NCBI GenBank assembly: GCA_964501805.1
Contig: CAZCVB010000001.1
Location: 1-34,444, forward strand
DNA length: 34,444 bases
Source of the DNA: an uncultured Desulfobacteraceae bacterium
GTDB taxonomy: Bacteria; Desulfobacterota; DSM-4660; Desulfatiglandales; Desulfatiglandaceae
Direction: 5' to 3'
Position numbers and translations under genes: made by a program. Positions 16,999 through 27,652 of this stretch are shown in pieces (the stretch's first letter is position 1; every line of letters begins with the position of its first letter). A model generated the notes under the pieces. The model did not search any database. It saw only the letters and a program-made list of their open reading frames with translations, and was not told the DNA's origin.

Positions 16999-17772
16999 AT
17001 GCCTGATGTCGAGCTGAGGGGAAGAAAGGTTTACTACGAAGTACACGGGGAAGGGGAAACGCTGGTATTGCTCCACCACGGATTCGGCTGCACGGCCATG
17101 TGGAAAAAAATCTACCCGCACCTCGTGGAGAGGGGCTACCGGGTCATCATGTACGACCGGCGGGGCTACGGCCGGTCGGAGGGAGGCGCCGAGTTCGCCC
17201 GGTTTTACGTCAGCGCGCAGGTCCGCCCGGAGAGCGTCACGGAACTCGGGGACCTGATGGCCTTTCTGGAGGTAGAAAAATTTCATCTGATCGGGCAGTG
17301 TGAAGGCGGTGTCATCGCGTTCGACGCGGCGCTCCGTTTCCCGGACCGCGTCCGAACGGTGATCACGTCAAGCACCCAGTGCTACAGCGAAGTCCCGATG
17401 ACCCGGTTCAATGAGATCAAGTTTCCGGACAGCTTCGATGAACTGGCGCCCGCGCTCAGGGAAAAGTTGATCCGATGGCACGGTGAAACGCGCGCCCGGC
17501 CGTTTTACAACCAGTTCAGGAGATACGGGGGAGCATACGGAAAGGATGTTTTCGACCTGAGAGGGCTCCTGCCGCGGATCACCTGCCCCGCGCTGGTGCT
17601 CTATCCGGACAGGAGTTTCCTGTTTGACGTGGCGCAGGGCGTGACCATGTACCGCTGTCTTCCAAAAGGGGAGCTGGCGGTCCTGCCGGCATGCGGGCAC
17701 AACACCTATGAACACCGGCCCCGCGAGTATGCCCGGCAAGTGACGGATTTTTTGGCGCGTCACGGTTTCTGA
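16999..17772 (+). CDS. Alpha/beta-fold hydrolase with Cys in the nucleophile elbow
   Basis: 257-aa ORF with oxyanion LVLLHHGFG, elbow HLIGQCEGG (Cys codon TGT 17299-17301), and a late Asp (YPDRS) and His (ACGHNTYEH). GGAG lies 6 nt upstream. Confidence 0.8.
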   Translation: MPDVELRGRKVYYEVHGEGETLVLLHHGFGCTAMWKKIYPHLVERGYRVIMYDRRGYGRSEGGAEFARFYVSAQVRPESVTELGDLMAFLEVEKFHLIGQCEGGVIAFDAALRFPDRVRTVITSSTQCYSEVPMTRFNEIKFPDSFDELAPALREKLIRWHGETRARPFYNQFRRYGGAYGKDVFDLRGLLPRITCPALVLYPDRSFLFDVAQGVTMYRCLPKGELAVLPACGHNTYEHRPREYARQVTDFLARHGF

Positions 17773-18707
17773 TCGATATGGCTTTGGTCCGCGGGAACCC
17801 CCGGGTCGGGAACGGGGGCCTTCCGCTGGTCCCGGGTCGTGGGGCTCTTTCCCTCGCCCTGTGAATCGGAAGGACGCCGCTTCCGGACCAGGACCTTTTC
17901 GATCTTTCTGCGGTCCGCTTTTTTTATGACGATCTCGAGGTCATTGAACGGGATCTTTTCATTCACCTTCGGGATCCTGCCGAGGAGGTGAATGATGAAT
18001 CCCCCCACCGACTCGAAGTCTCCCGGCGGGAGAGAGGTCCCGAGATGCGCCTCCAGTTTCTCCGCTTCCAGCCGGGCATCCACGAGGACGGATCCGTCCT
18101 CGGCCACCTGGAGGCGGACCTCGTCGGTATCGTGTTCATCCATGATCTCGCCGACGATCTCTTCGAGGATGTCCTCGATGGTAATGATGCCGGCGGTACC
18201 GCCGTATTCATCGGTCACGATGGCGAGGTGGGTCTTTTTCGCCTTCAGGTTCTTCAGCAGGGTGCTGATCTTCTGGGTTTCCGGAACAAAATAGGGCTTC
18301 CTGAGGATTTCCTGCGGGATGGCGGAGTCCGGGCGCATCCCGAGGAACTTCAGGAGATCCTTCGCGTGGAGGATCCCCACGATTTCGTCGATGCTGCCGT
18401 TGTGAATGGGGATGCGGGTGTGGCCGCACTCGGTGACCAGCTGGATGACGCTCCCGAGGGTGGCGTCCACCGGCGCGGAGGAGATCTCGGTCCGGGGGAT
18501 CATGATGGAATGGGCCCGGGTCTCTTTCAGGTCCAGGACACCGTGAACCATGTGGGATTCTTCGTCACTGATGAGCCCCCGGGCCTGGCCTTCATCCATC
18601 AGTTCCTGGATCTCTTCCGCGAGATCGTCACTGTTGCCGGGCGGGGATTTTCTTCTGATCAGTGATTTGAGGAAACCGGCAAAACCTTTTTCCGGGCCAT
18701 CTTCCAA
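17760..18707 (-). CDS. corC: CorC/HlyC-family protein (CBS pair + CorC_HlyC transporter-associated domain)
   Basis: The N-terminal region [17 protein letters not shown]...[45 protein letters not shown] aligns by eye with E. coli CorC. The C-terminal domain is ...[19 protein letters not shown]. The track start (18860) lies upstream of a near-consensus promoter, so TTG 18707 is proposed. The start is uncertain. Confidence 0.8.
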   Translation of the reverse strand: MEDGPEKGFAGFLKSLIRRKSPPGNSDDLAEEIQELMDEGQARGLISDEESHMVHGVLDLKETRAHSIMIPRTEISSAPVDATLGSVIQLVTECGHTRIPIHNGSIDEIVGILHAKDLLKFLGMRPDSAIPQEILRKPYFVPETQKISTLLKNLKAKKTHLAIVTDEYGGTAGIITIEDILEEIVGEIMDEHDTDEVRLQVAEDGSVLVDARLEAEKLEAHLGTSLPPGDFESVGGFIIHLLGRIPKVNEKIPFNDLEIVIKKADRRKIEKVLVRKRRPSDSQGEGKSPTTRDQRKAPVPDPGVPADQSHIDQKP

Positions 18708-18798
18708 GGATGTCCAGTATCTCCAGTTAGATGTGAACCGCCGCCGGAGTGCCGCATGCGGTCCCGGTGCGGACGCTTTTATCGCCTGCCGTCTCAAA

Positions 18799-18827
18799 AT
18801 ATTATTTTCGTGGGGCGGTGATGTCAA
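18799..18827 (-). promoter_or_regulatory. Near-consensus sigma70 promoter for corC
   Basis: The minus strand reads TTGACA (18827-18822), a 17-nt spacer, then TAATAT (18804-18799). Confidence 0.55.
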
Positions 18828-18849
18828 GATTTTTGGCCTCACCTGAAAT

Positions 18850-18991
18850 GAGCGCTTCAAATCCTGATGATTTTCAAAACAATACCTTTACCGAATTCCC
18901 GCGCCTGACGGGTGATGACAATCCCGGAAAAATCGGTGAGTATCTCAGCAATATCACAGAAAAAAATCTTTCATCAAAATTTGAAGCGCTC
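18850..18991. repeat. 21-bp imperfect inverted repeat (19/21) separated by 100 bp
   Basis: The left arm GAGCGCTTCAAATCCTGATGA (18850-18870) is the reverse complement of TCATCAAAATTTGAAGCGCTC (18971-18991), apart from CC versus AA. The 13-bp core is perfect. Confidence 0.8.
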
Positions 18992-19012
18992 AATTTGGGT
19001 GTTAAATACCCC

Positions 19013-19041
19013 TTGACTACGATCCGCGACTGTAATAGTAT
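19013..19041 (+). promoter_or_regulatory. Near-consensus sigma70 promoter upstream of tRNA-Gly
   Basis: TTGACT (19013-19018), a 17-nt spacer, then TAGTAT (19036-19041). Confidence 0.55.
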
Positions 19042-19085
19042 CTCCCAATCTGATACCCGGCTCTATCCGCAAACGGTTTTTTCCA

Positions 19086-19142
19086 GATCCCGGCCCCTGT
19101 CGGCGCACGACATCCGGACAGGGCAAGCAGGGATTCCTTTTT
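19086..19142 (+). other. Stable compound stem-loop followed by T5 in the tRNA-Gly leader
   Basis: The inner stem is CCCTGTCGG (19095-19103) with CCGGACAGGG (19114-19123), including one bulge. The outer stem is GATCCC (19086-19091) with GGGATT (19130-19135). CCTTTTTG follows (T-run 19138-19142). Confidence 0.45.
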
Positions 19143-19162
19143 GTGGATGGACACGGGAAGAA

Positions 19163-19238
19163 GCGGGCATAGCTCAGCTGGTAGAGTACAAGCTTCCCAA
19201 GCTTGGTGTCGCGGGTTCGAATCCCGTTGCCCGCTCCA
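19163..19238 (+). tRNA. tRNA-Gly (anticodon CCC), CCA encoded
   Basis: Folded by hand. Acceptor is GCGGGCA/TGCCCGC. The D arm is GCTC-AGCTGGTA-GAGT. The anticodon stem is CAAGC/GCTTG with loop TTCCCAA. The T arm is GCGGG-TTCGAAT-CCCGT. Discriminator is T, then CCA. Total 76 nt. Confidence 0.92.
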
Positions 19239-19254
19239 CGATCTGTACTGTCTT

Positions 19255-19283
19255 GGGTGTAACAGTGGCCCGACACCCTTTTT
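19255..19283 (+). terminator. Terminator-like hairpin after tRNA-Gly
   Basis: GGGTGT (19255-19260) pairs with ACACCC (19273-19278) around a 12-nt loop, followed by TTTTT (19279-19283). Confidence 0.5.
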
Positions 19284-19416
19284 GAGGTTGTCGATCCAGT
19301 ACGCGGTCGGTTTACTTCAAATTGCGGACGCGGCGTTGACCTGATCATAATTCCTGAATTCTGCGGGATAGGGATCTTATGTAACACGACGCTAAATTTC
19401 TGTCTGCAATGAGAAG

Positions 19417-19447
19417 GCGGGCCATGGGGCTCGCTTTTTGTTTTTTT
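19417..19447 (+). terminator. Strong intrinsic terminator or attenuator in the rimP-nusA leader
   Basis: GCGGGCC (19417-19423), loop ATGG, then GGCTCGC (19428-19434): 7 bp including one G-T pair. TTTTTGTTTTTTT follows (19435-19447). It sits 47 nt upstream of the proposed rimP start. Confidence 0.75.
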
Positions 19448-19493
19448 GGGTGCGGAAACCTTCCGGGCGGGCCCGGGGAACGGCGGAGTGCCG

Positions 19494-19973
19494 GTGAAAA
19501 CGGAACAAATCGTTGACACGGTGAGCCGTCTCATCGAACCGGTTTTCGATGAGATGGGGATGCAGCTGGTGGATGTGGAGTATGTCTCCCAGGGGGGAAG
19601 ATGGGTGCTCCGGATCTACGCCGACCGACCCGGCGGAATCACCCTGGATGACTGCGCGCGGATCAGCAGGGAAATCGGAGGCCTGATGGACATAAAGGAC
19701 GTCCTCCGGCATGAATACGTGCTGGAAGTTTCTTCCCCGGGTCTCAACCGCGTGCTGAAAAGCGAACGGGATCTCGCATGGGCCGCCGGGAAGCGGATAC
19801 GGGTCCGGATGTCGACGCCGTTCAGGGGACGGCGCGATTTCACGGGGTATTTGCGGGAGGTCCGGGAAGGGGAGCTGTGCCTGGAAGTGGACGGCGATCC
19901 GGTTTGCCTTCCCCGGGAAGGCGTGAAAAAGGCCAGCGTGGTATCGGAAGAAATGGACCCTGGATCTGCATGA
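19494..19973 (+). CDS. rimP: Ribosome maturation factor RimP
   Basis: VKTEQIVDTVSRLIEPVFDEMGMQLVDVEYV... and EVSSPGLNRVLK are typical of RimP. The GTG has GGAG 5 nt upstream. The track ORF starts at TTG 19446, inside the terminator T-run. Confidence 0.85.
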   Translation: MKTEQIVDTVSRLIEPVFDEMGMQLVDVEYVSQGGRWVLRIYADRPGGITLDDCARISREIGGLMDIKDVLRHEYVLEVSSPGLNRVLKSERDLAWAAGKRIRVRMSTPFRGRRDFTGYLREVREGELCLEVDGDPVCLPREGVKKASVVSEEMDPGSA

Positions 19974-20024
19974 GCCGCCGGGGCGCGGGGAAACGAAGAA
20001 CTGTTTTGAATGGGGTATCGGACT

Positions 20025-21467
20025 ATGGTTTCGGATCTGACACGGATGATTGACCAGGTGAGCCGCGAGAAAGGGCTTGACCGGGACGTTCTGGTTAAAG
20101 CGCTTGAAGAAGCGGTGCGGGCGGCGGCACGAAAACGGTATGGGCCCGATTACGACCTGGAGGTCAACTACAACGAAGAGATGGGCGAGATCGAGGTCTT
20201 CGAGTTCAAGGAAGTCGTGGATACGGTCACCGCCGAGGCGCTCCAGGTTTCCCTTGAAGAGGCCCATGAACTGGATCCGGGGGCCGAGATCGGGGACAGC
20301 CTCGGCATCAAGATGGATACCGCGGAATTCGGAAGGATCGCCGCCCAGTCTGCGAAGCAGGTGATCATGCAGCGGTTGAAGGAGGCGGAACGGGATATCG
20401 TCTACGACGATTTCAAGGATCGCCGCGGAGAGATCATCAACGGGATCGTCCAGCGTTTCGACAGGGGATCCATGATCGTCAACCTGGGACGAACGGAAGC
20501 CGAGCTGCCGCCGAGGGAGCAGGTGCCGAGAGAGAGCTACCGGCAGGGGGACCGTGTCCGGGCCTACATCCTGGAGGTGAGGCAGTTCAGCCGCGGCCCC
20601 CAGATCGTCCTTTCGCGGACCCACCCGAATTTTGTTTCGGCCCTGTTCGAGAACGAGGTCCCCGAGATCTCCGAGGGCATCGTCGAAATCGTACAGGTGG
20701 CAAGGGAACCGGGCGCCCGCTCCAAGATCGCGGTCACGTCGAAAGACCCCGACGTGGATCCGGTGGGGGCCTGCGTGGGCATGAAGGGAAGCCGGGTACA
20801 GGCCGTGGTGCAGGAACTGCGCGGAGAAAAGATCGATATCATCACCTGGGATCCGGACCCGGCCAAGTTCATCTGCAACGCGCTCTCCCCGGCCGAAATC
20901 GTCCGGGTGATCGTGGACGAGGACAATCGCTCCATGGAAGTGGTGGTTCCGGACGACCAGTTATCCCTGGCGATCGGGAAGAAAGGCCAGAACGTGCGCC
21001 TGGCGTCCAGGCTCACCGGGTGGCGTCTGGATGTAACCAGCGAGACCAATTACAACCTTGCGCTCAAGGAGGGATACAAGTCTCTCCTCGACCTTCCCGG
21101 TGTCGGGCCGAAGCGGGCCGCCGACCTGTACGACGGCGGGTACAGATCCGCGCAGGACGTGGCCCAGGCCATGGCCGACGAACTCAGCTCCCTTGACGGA
21201 TTTACCGAGAAGCGGGCCGTCCAGCTCATTGACGACGCCGCGGAATACGCGGCCAGGGCCGCTGCGCAGGCGGCGGCGCCGGAGGAAACGGAAGCCGGTA
21301 CATCCGAGTCCGAAGAACCCGGGCCCGACGCTTTAGAGACGGAGGCGCCGGAACCCGTGAACGCGGATGCGGAAGCGGCGGATTCTGAAAATCCGGAACC
21401 AGTTCCGCCCGGCGGAGATGCCGACGCCGGGACCGAAACAGGGGAGAGCGGCGAAGGCAATGAATAA
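20025..21467 (+). CDS. nusA: Transcription termination/antitermination factor NusA
   Basis: The N-terminus MVSDLTRMIDQVSREKGLDRDVLVKALEEAV is followed by S1 and two KH regions (VTSKDPDVDPVGACVGMKGSRVQ; LAIGKKGQNVRLASRLTGW) and one HhH region. A roughly 65-aa acidic tail follows. An alternative ATG lies at 20010. Confidence 0.95.
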   Translation: MVSDLTRMIDQVSREKGLDRDVLVKALEEAVRAAARKRYGPDYDLEVNYNEEMGEIEVFEFKEVVDTVTAEALQVSLEEAHELDPGAEIGDSLGIKMDTAEFGRIAAQSAKQVIMQRLKEAERDIVYDDFKDRRGEIINGIVQRFDRGSMIVNLGRTEAELPPREQVPRESYRQGDRVRAYILEVRQFSRGPQIVLSRTHPNFVSALFENEVPEISEGIVEIVQVAREPGARSKIAVTSKDPDVDPVGACVGMKGSRVQAVVQELRGEKIDIITWDPDPAKFICNALSPAEIVRVIVDEDNRSMEVVVPDDQLSLAIGKKGQNVRLASRLTGWRLDVTSETNYNLALKEGYKSLLDLPGVGPKRAADLYDGGYRSAQDVAQAMADELSSLDGFTEKRAVQLIDDAAEYAARAAAQAAAPEETEAGTSESEEPGPDALETEAPEPVNADAEAADSENPEPVPPGGDADAGTETGESGEGNE

Positions 21468-21738
21468 GGGGCACATCCCCGTCCGCACCTGTATCTCATG
21501 CCGTTCCCGGCGGAACAGGTCCGCGCTGGTTCGGCTGATGCTGGACGAAAAGGGAAGGGTCGTGCGGGACGAGGACGGACGCGGAACAGGCAGGGGCGCA
21601 TATGTCTGCCGCTCAGCCGCCTGCCTTGAAAGATTAAGAGAGGGAAACCGGCTGGCCCGGGCGTTCAGGCGAACGGGGCGCCTTGAGATCGCACCGGAGG
21701 TATTTTTCCCGGCCCGGGGCGGCGTGGAAAGGGAATGA
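21460..21738 (+). CDS. ylxR: YlxR/RnpM (DUF448) RNA-binding protein
   Basis: MNKGHIPVRTCISCRSRRNRSALVRLML...GRGAYVC. The ATG overlaps the nusA stop. The position between nusA and infB is canonical. Confidence 0.8.
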   Translation: MNKGHIPVRTCISCRSRRNRSALVRLMLDEKGRVVRDEDGRGTGRGAYVCRSAACLERLREGNRLARAFRRTGRLEIAPEVFFPARGGVERE

Positions 21739-21795
21739 CAAAGTTATCCGGTTTCCTTATCCGTGAAAGACCGAAAACAATCATCGGGGGAGTAC

Positions 21796-24435
<2,640 letters not shown>

Positions 24436-24470
24436 CCGAGGCGTTATCCTCCGCCCGCATGCCGTAAAGG

Positions 24471-24758
24471 ATGGTCGTAGGCACCCTCAGAATCGTGTTT
24501 TATCTCCGCGACAATCATTCCCTCAAGGGGAAGCGAAAGGTCGTAAGGAGTATGGTTGACAAGGTGAAATCCAGGTTCAACGTCTCCGTGGCGGAGGTCG
24601 GTTCCAATGACAACTGGCAGAGGATTGAAATCGGGATCAGCGCGGTGGGAAACGACAGGCGGCATATCGATTCTTCCCTGAGTCATGTCCTTGATTTTAT
24701 CGATGGTCTGTACCTGGCGCAGATTACCGATACCGAGATGGAGATTTTCAGTCTTTGA
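24471..24758 (+). CDS. DUF503 (YlxP-like) protein
   Basis: 95-aa ORF MVVGTLRIVFYLRDNHSLKGKRKVVRSMVDKVKSRFNVSVAEVG... The position between infB and rbfA is typical. Confidence 0.8.
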   Translation: MVVGTLRIVFYLRDNHSLKGKRKVVRSMVDKVKSRFNVSVAEVGSNDNWQRIEIGISAVGNDRRHIDSSLSHVLDFIDGLYLAQITDTEMEIFSL

Positions 24759-24759
24759 G

Positions 24760-24777
24760 CCGGGCCGCAAGGCCCGG
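24760..24777 (+). other. GC stem-loop with a GNRA (GCAA) tetraloop immediately after the DUF503 stop
   Basis: CCGGGCC (24760-24766), GCAA, GGCCCGG (24771-24777). No adjacent U-tract, so it is not a canonical terminator. Confidence 0.4.
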
Positions 24778-24859
24778 GCGCCAGCGGGTTTTGTTAACAT
24801 GAGACGACGGGAGGCGGACGGCGGCGGGGCATGAACCCCGGGAACCGTCCAGCAGGTGG

Positions 24860-25225
24860 ATGAAGGCAGCAGGTATCCGGGCCGTAAGGGTGGGGGACCA
24901 TATCCAGAGGGAAATTGCAGTCCTTCTCATGAGGCGGGTGCGCGATCCCAGGGTGGAAGGCGTCACGGTGACGGGGGTACGGGTCAGCGCGGATCTCCGG
25001 ATGGCTCGGGTTTTTTTCAGCGTCATGGGTGGAAAGGAAGACATCCGCCGGGCCCAGGCGGGGCTGGACAGCGCCAGGGGGTTCATCCGGAGGGAAATGG
25101 GTCACCATCTGGAGATGAAATACGTGCCGGAAATCATGTTTGTCCATGACGCGTCCCTGGAAATGGGGCGGCACCTGGAACAACTTCTTGACGAGATCGG
25201 ACGGGGAGGGATGCCGGATGACTGA
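24860..25225 (+). CDS. rbfA: Ribosome-binding factor A
   Basis: RAVRVGDHIQREIAVLLMRRVRDPRVEGVTVTGVRVSADLRMARVFFSV is the typical RbfA core. Confidence 0.9.
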   Translation: MKAAGIRAVRVGDHIQREIAVLLMRRVRDPRVEGVTVTGVRVSADLRMARVFFSVMGGKEDIRRAQAGLDSARGFIRREMGHHLEMKYVPEIMFVHDASLEMGRHLEQLLDEIGRGGMPDD

Positions 25226-26237
25226 GCCTTCATCCTTTGCCGGCGGGATTTCCGCCCCGGAACCGGACGGACGCGAGCGGATTTTGCGTGAAATCGCCGC
25301 GGGACGCTCGTTCCTCCTGCTTACCCATGAAAATCCCGATGCCGACGGCATCGGTTCCATGCTTGCCCTGGGCCGGGTGCTTGAAAAAGCGGACAGGGAA
25401 GTGGTTCTCCTGGTTCCCGGTGACGCCGCGTCGTCTTTCGGCGCCATGAAAGGGATGGAAAACGTCTCCCGGACACTGGACCCGAAGGCCCGTTTTGATG
25501 TGGTGGTGGCCCTGGACGTGGCCGATCGGGCCAGGCTCGGGAAACTGCGGGATGAAATCGCCGGCCGCGGCGTCCTGGTCAATATTGATCACCATGAGAC
25601 GAACACCCGTTTCGGCGATTTGAACCTGGTGGACCCGCAGGCCTCTTCTACGGGAGAAATCATATACGGCCTGATCCGGTCGGCGGGATTTTCCCTGGAC
25701 CCGGAGGCCGCGGGGAATCTTCTTGCTGCGATACAGGGGGACACCGGATCCTTCCGCTATGAAAACACGACCGCCGAATGCCTCCGGATCGCCGCGGAGA
25801 TCGTTGAAAGCGGGGTGCGGCCGTGGGAAGTCTGGCGGGCGGCGATGCCGCCGTGCACCCTCTCCCGGCTCCGCCTTTTGAGCATGGCCCTTGCCTCTCT
25901 CGAGCTTTATCACGGCGGAAGGCTGGGGATGCTGGCCGTCACCAGGGAGATGCTTGAAGATTCCGGGGCCCGCGGGGCCGAGACCGAGGGATTCGTGGAA
26001 TATGTCCGGGTTGTCCCCGGGGTCGAAATCGCGGCGCTGGTCCGTGAGACGGACCACCGGGCGTACCGGTTCAGCCTGCGGTCCAACGATTGGGTCAACG
26101 TGGCCGAACTCGCCGCCCGGTTCGGCGGAGGAGGGCATCCCAGGGCCGCCGGTTTTCAGGGGCGGGGACCCCTTGCGGATTTGAAAGAGGAATTCATCAG
26201 GACCGCGGCCGGATATCTGGATGGGACGATCAACTGA
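25218..26237 (+). CDS. nrnA: DHH/DHHA1 phosphoesterase, NrnA-like (oligoribonuclease/pAp phosphatase)
   Basis: THENPDADGIGS, NIDHHETN and the C-terminal GGGGHPRAAG motifs. The ATG overlaps the rbfA end by 8 nt. The track ORF starts at 25140. Confidence 0.85.
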   Translation: MTEPSSFAGGISAPEPDGRERILREIAAGRSFLLLTHENPDADGIGSMLALGRVLEKADREVVLLVPGDAASSFGAMKGMENVSRTLDPKARFDVVVALDVADRARLGKLRDEIAGRGVLVNIDHHETNTRFGDLNLVDPQASSTGEIIYGLIRSAGFSLDPEAAGNLLAAIQGDTGSFRYENTTAECLRIAAEIVESGVRPWEVWRAAMPPCTLSRLRLLSMALASLELYHGGRLGMLAVTREMLEDSGARGAETEGFVEYVRVVPGVEIAALVRETDHRAYRFSLRSNDWVNVAELAARFGGGGHPRAAGFQGRGPLADLKEEFIRTAAGYLDGTIN

Positions 26238-27150
26238 CGGGATACTCCTGGCCGACAAGGCGGCCGGCGAAAGCGCCTATGACGTGGTAAGGCGGCTCAA
26301 ACGGGTTGTGCGGGGAGTAAAGGCCGGGCACGCGGGAACCCTGGATCCCTTCGCCACCGGCCTGATGATCCTTCTCCTGGGCCGGGCGACCCGGTTGTCG
26401 CGGTTCCTGATGTCCGGGGACAAGCTGTATCTCGGGACCCTGCGCCTGGGCGTGGAGACGGACACCCTGGATCCCACGGGACGCGTGCTTCGCACCGCCC
26501 CGGTTCCGGACCTGAAGGAAGCGGAGATCAGGGCGCAGGCCGACAGGTTCGTGGGAGATATTCTCCAGGCCCCGCCCGCTTTTTCCGCGGTCAGGCACCG
26601 GGGGACGCGGGCGTACAAGCTGGCCCGGCGGGGAGAAAAGGTCTCCCTTGAAAAACGAAGAGTGACGGTGCATGCCTTTCGCATCCTGTCGGTCGACCTC
26701 CCGGAGGTGACTTTTGAGGTCCACTGCTCCAGCGGCACCTATGTCCGGAGCCTTGCGGCCGACCTGGGCCGCCGGCTGGGGCCCGGGGGACACCTGGCGT
26801 CCCTGAGAAGACTGCGAAGCGGGCCCTTCAGGGTGGAAGACGCCCTGTCCCCTGCGGACGGGTTCTGGACCCGAAAGGCGCGGCCGTCCGATGTGGCGCG
26901 GCACCTTATCTCCCTGAGAGACGCGCTCCCGTGGATGCCCGAGGTAGCGGTGGGACCGTCGCTTGCGAAAAAGATAAAAAGCGGGTATCAGCCCGGCATG
27001 GCTGAATTTCCGGAGATGACCGGTGGTGTCGGCCACGGCGGCGGATATTTCAAGCTGGTTGAAGGGACGTCGCTGGCCGCCGTTGCAAAGCTAATCGAAA
27101 GCGGGGGGAATGGGCATGGCAACATAAAGATAGAACGGGTATTTTTGTAA
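26221..27150 (+). CDS. truB: tRNA pseudouridine(55) synthase TruB
   Basis: [17 protein letters not shown] and the catalytic [19 protein letters not shown] motif, with a C-terminal PUA-like region. Confidence 0.9.
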   Translation: MGRSTDGILLADKAAGESAYDVVRRLKRVVRGVKAGHAGTLDPFATGLMILLLGRATRLSRFLMSGDKLYLGTLRLGVETDTLDPTGRVLRTAPVPDLKEAEIRAQADRFVGDILQAPPAFSAVRHRGTRAYKLARRGEKVSLEKRRVTVHAFRILSVDLPEVTFEVHCSSGTYVRSLAADLGRRLGPGGHLASLRRLRSGPFRVEDALSPADGFWTRKARPSDVARHLISLRDALPWMPEVAVGPSLAKKIKSGYQPGMAEFPEMTGGVGHGGGYFKLVEGTSLAAVAKLIESGGNGHGNIKIERVFL

Positions 27151-27295
27151 CGCATCCGTCCGGGCGCGCACGGCGACGGGCCGACGAAGAGAACGCGCGC
27201 GGATGATGCCTCGATTTTTGCGGAAGGGGACCGGGATCCCCGCGCGCGACACCGCGAACAGGACATGGAATGAACTCTTAGAGGAGGTATGGACA

Positions 27296-27565
27296 GTGGT
27301 TTTAACACCGGAAGCCAAGAGAGAAATCATTGATCGCTTCAAGGTCAACGAAAAAGACACCGGGTCGCCTGAAGTTCAGATCGCTTTGCTCAGCAATCGC
27401 ATTAAGTATCTAACCGAACATTTTAAAATACATAAAAAAGATCATCATTCCCGGAGGGGCCTGCTGAAGCTGGTGGGCCAGAGGCGGCGGCTTCTCAACT
27501 ACCTGAAAAGGAAAGACATAGAGAAGTATCGCGCCGTTATCAAGGAACTGGGCATTCGAAAATAG
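27296..27565 (+). CDS. rpsO: 30S ribosomal protein S15
   Basis: The GTG start has GAGGAGG 8 nt upstream. The 89-aa product contains [53 protein letters not shown]. Confidence 0.95.
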   Translation: MVLTPEAKREIIDRFKVNEKDTGSPEVQIALLSNRIKYLTEHFKIHKKDHHSRRGLLKLVGQRRRLLNYLKRKDIEKYRAVIKELGIRK

Positions 27566-27652
27566 ATCGATTCCGGTCAATGGCGTCACGGTCGGACCCC
27601 ATGGAAAGACCACCGATGAATCACGGCCGAGAGTGAAAGGACAGAAAACAAG

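Noticed and set aside
18708-18860. N-terminal 51 codons of the track version of corC (MKRSFQVRPKILTSPPHENN...)
   Set aside because: A near-perfect minus-strand promoter (TTGACA-17-TAATAT, 18827-18799) lies inside this stretch. The stretch has no similarity to CorC N-termini. The conserved part begins at about GPEKGF, just after TTG 18707.
18749-19285. 178-aa plus-strand ORF
   Set aside because: It runs through two promoter-like elements and the whole tRNA-Gly gene, so it is not coding.
19239-19445. Genomic island or integrase at the tRNA-Gly 3' end
   Set aside because: Only about 200 bp separates the tRNA from rimP. There is no integrase, no direct repeat of the tRNA 3' end, and no foreign-looking genes.
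19392-20624. 410-aa ORF antisense to rimP/nusA
   Set aside because: It spans an intergenic terminator and two well-supported plus-strand genes, so it is an artefact.
27566-27652. Search for an E. coli-type RNase III autoregulatory hairpin in the rpsO-pnp spacer
   Set aside because: I saw only a short direct repeat (TCACGGnCG twice) and weak pairings. No long stem could be drawn by hand, so no claim is made.
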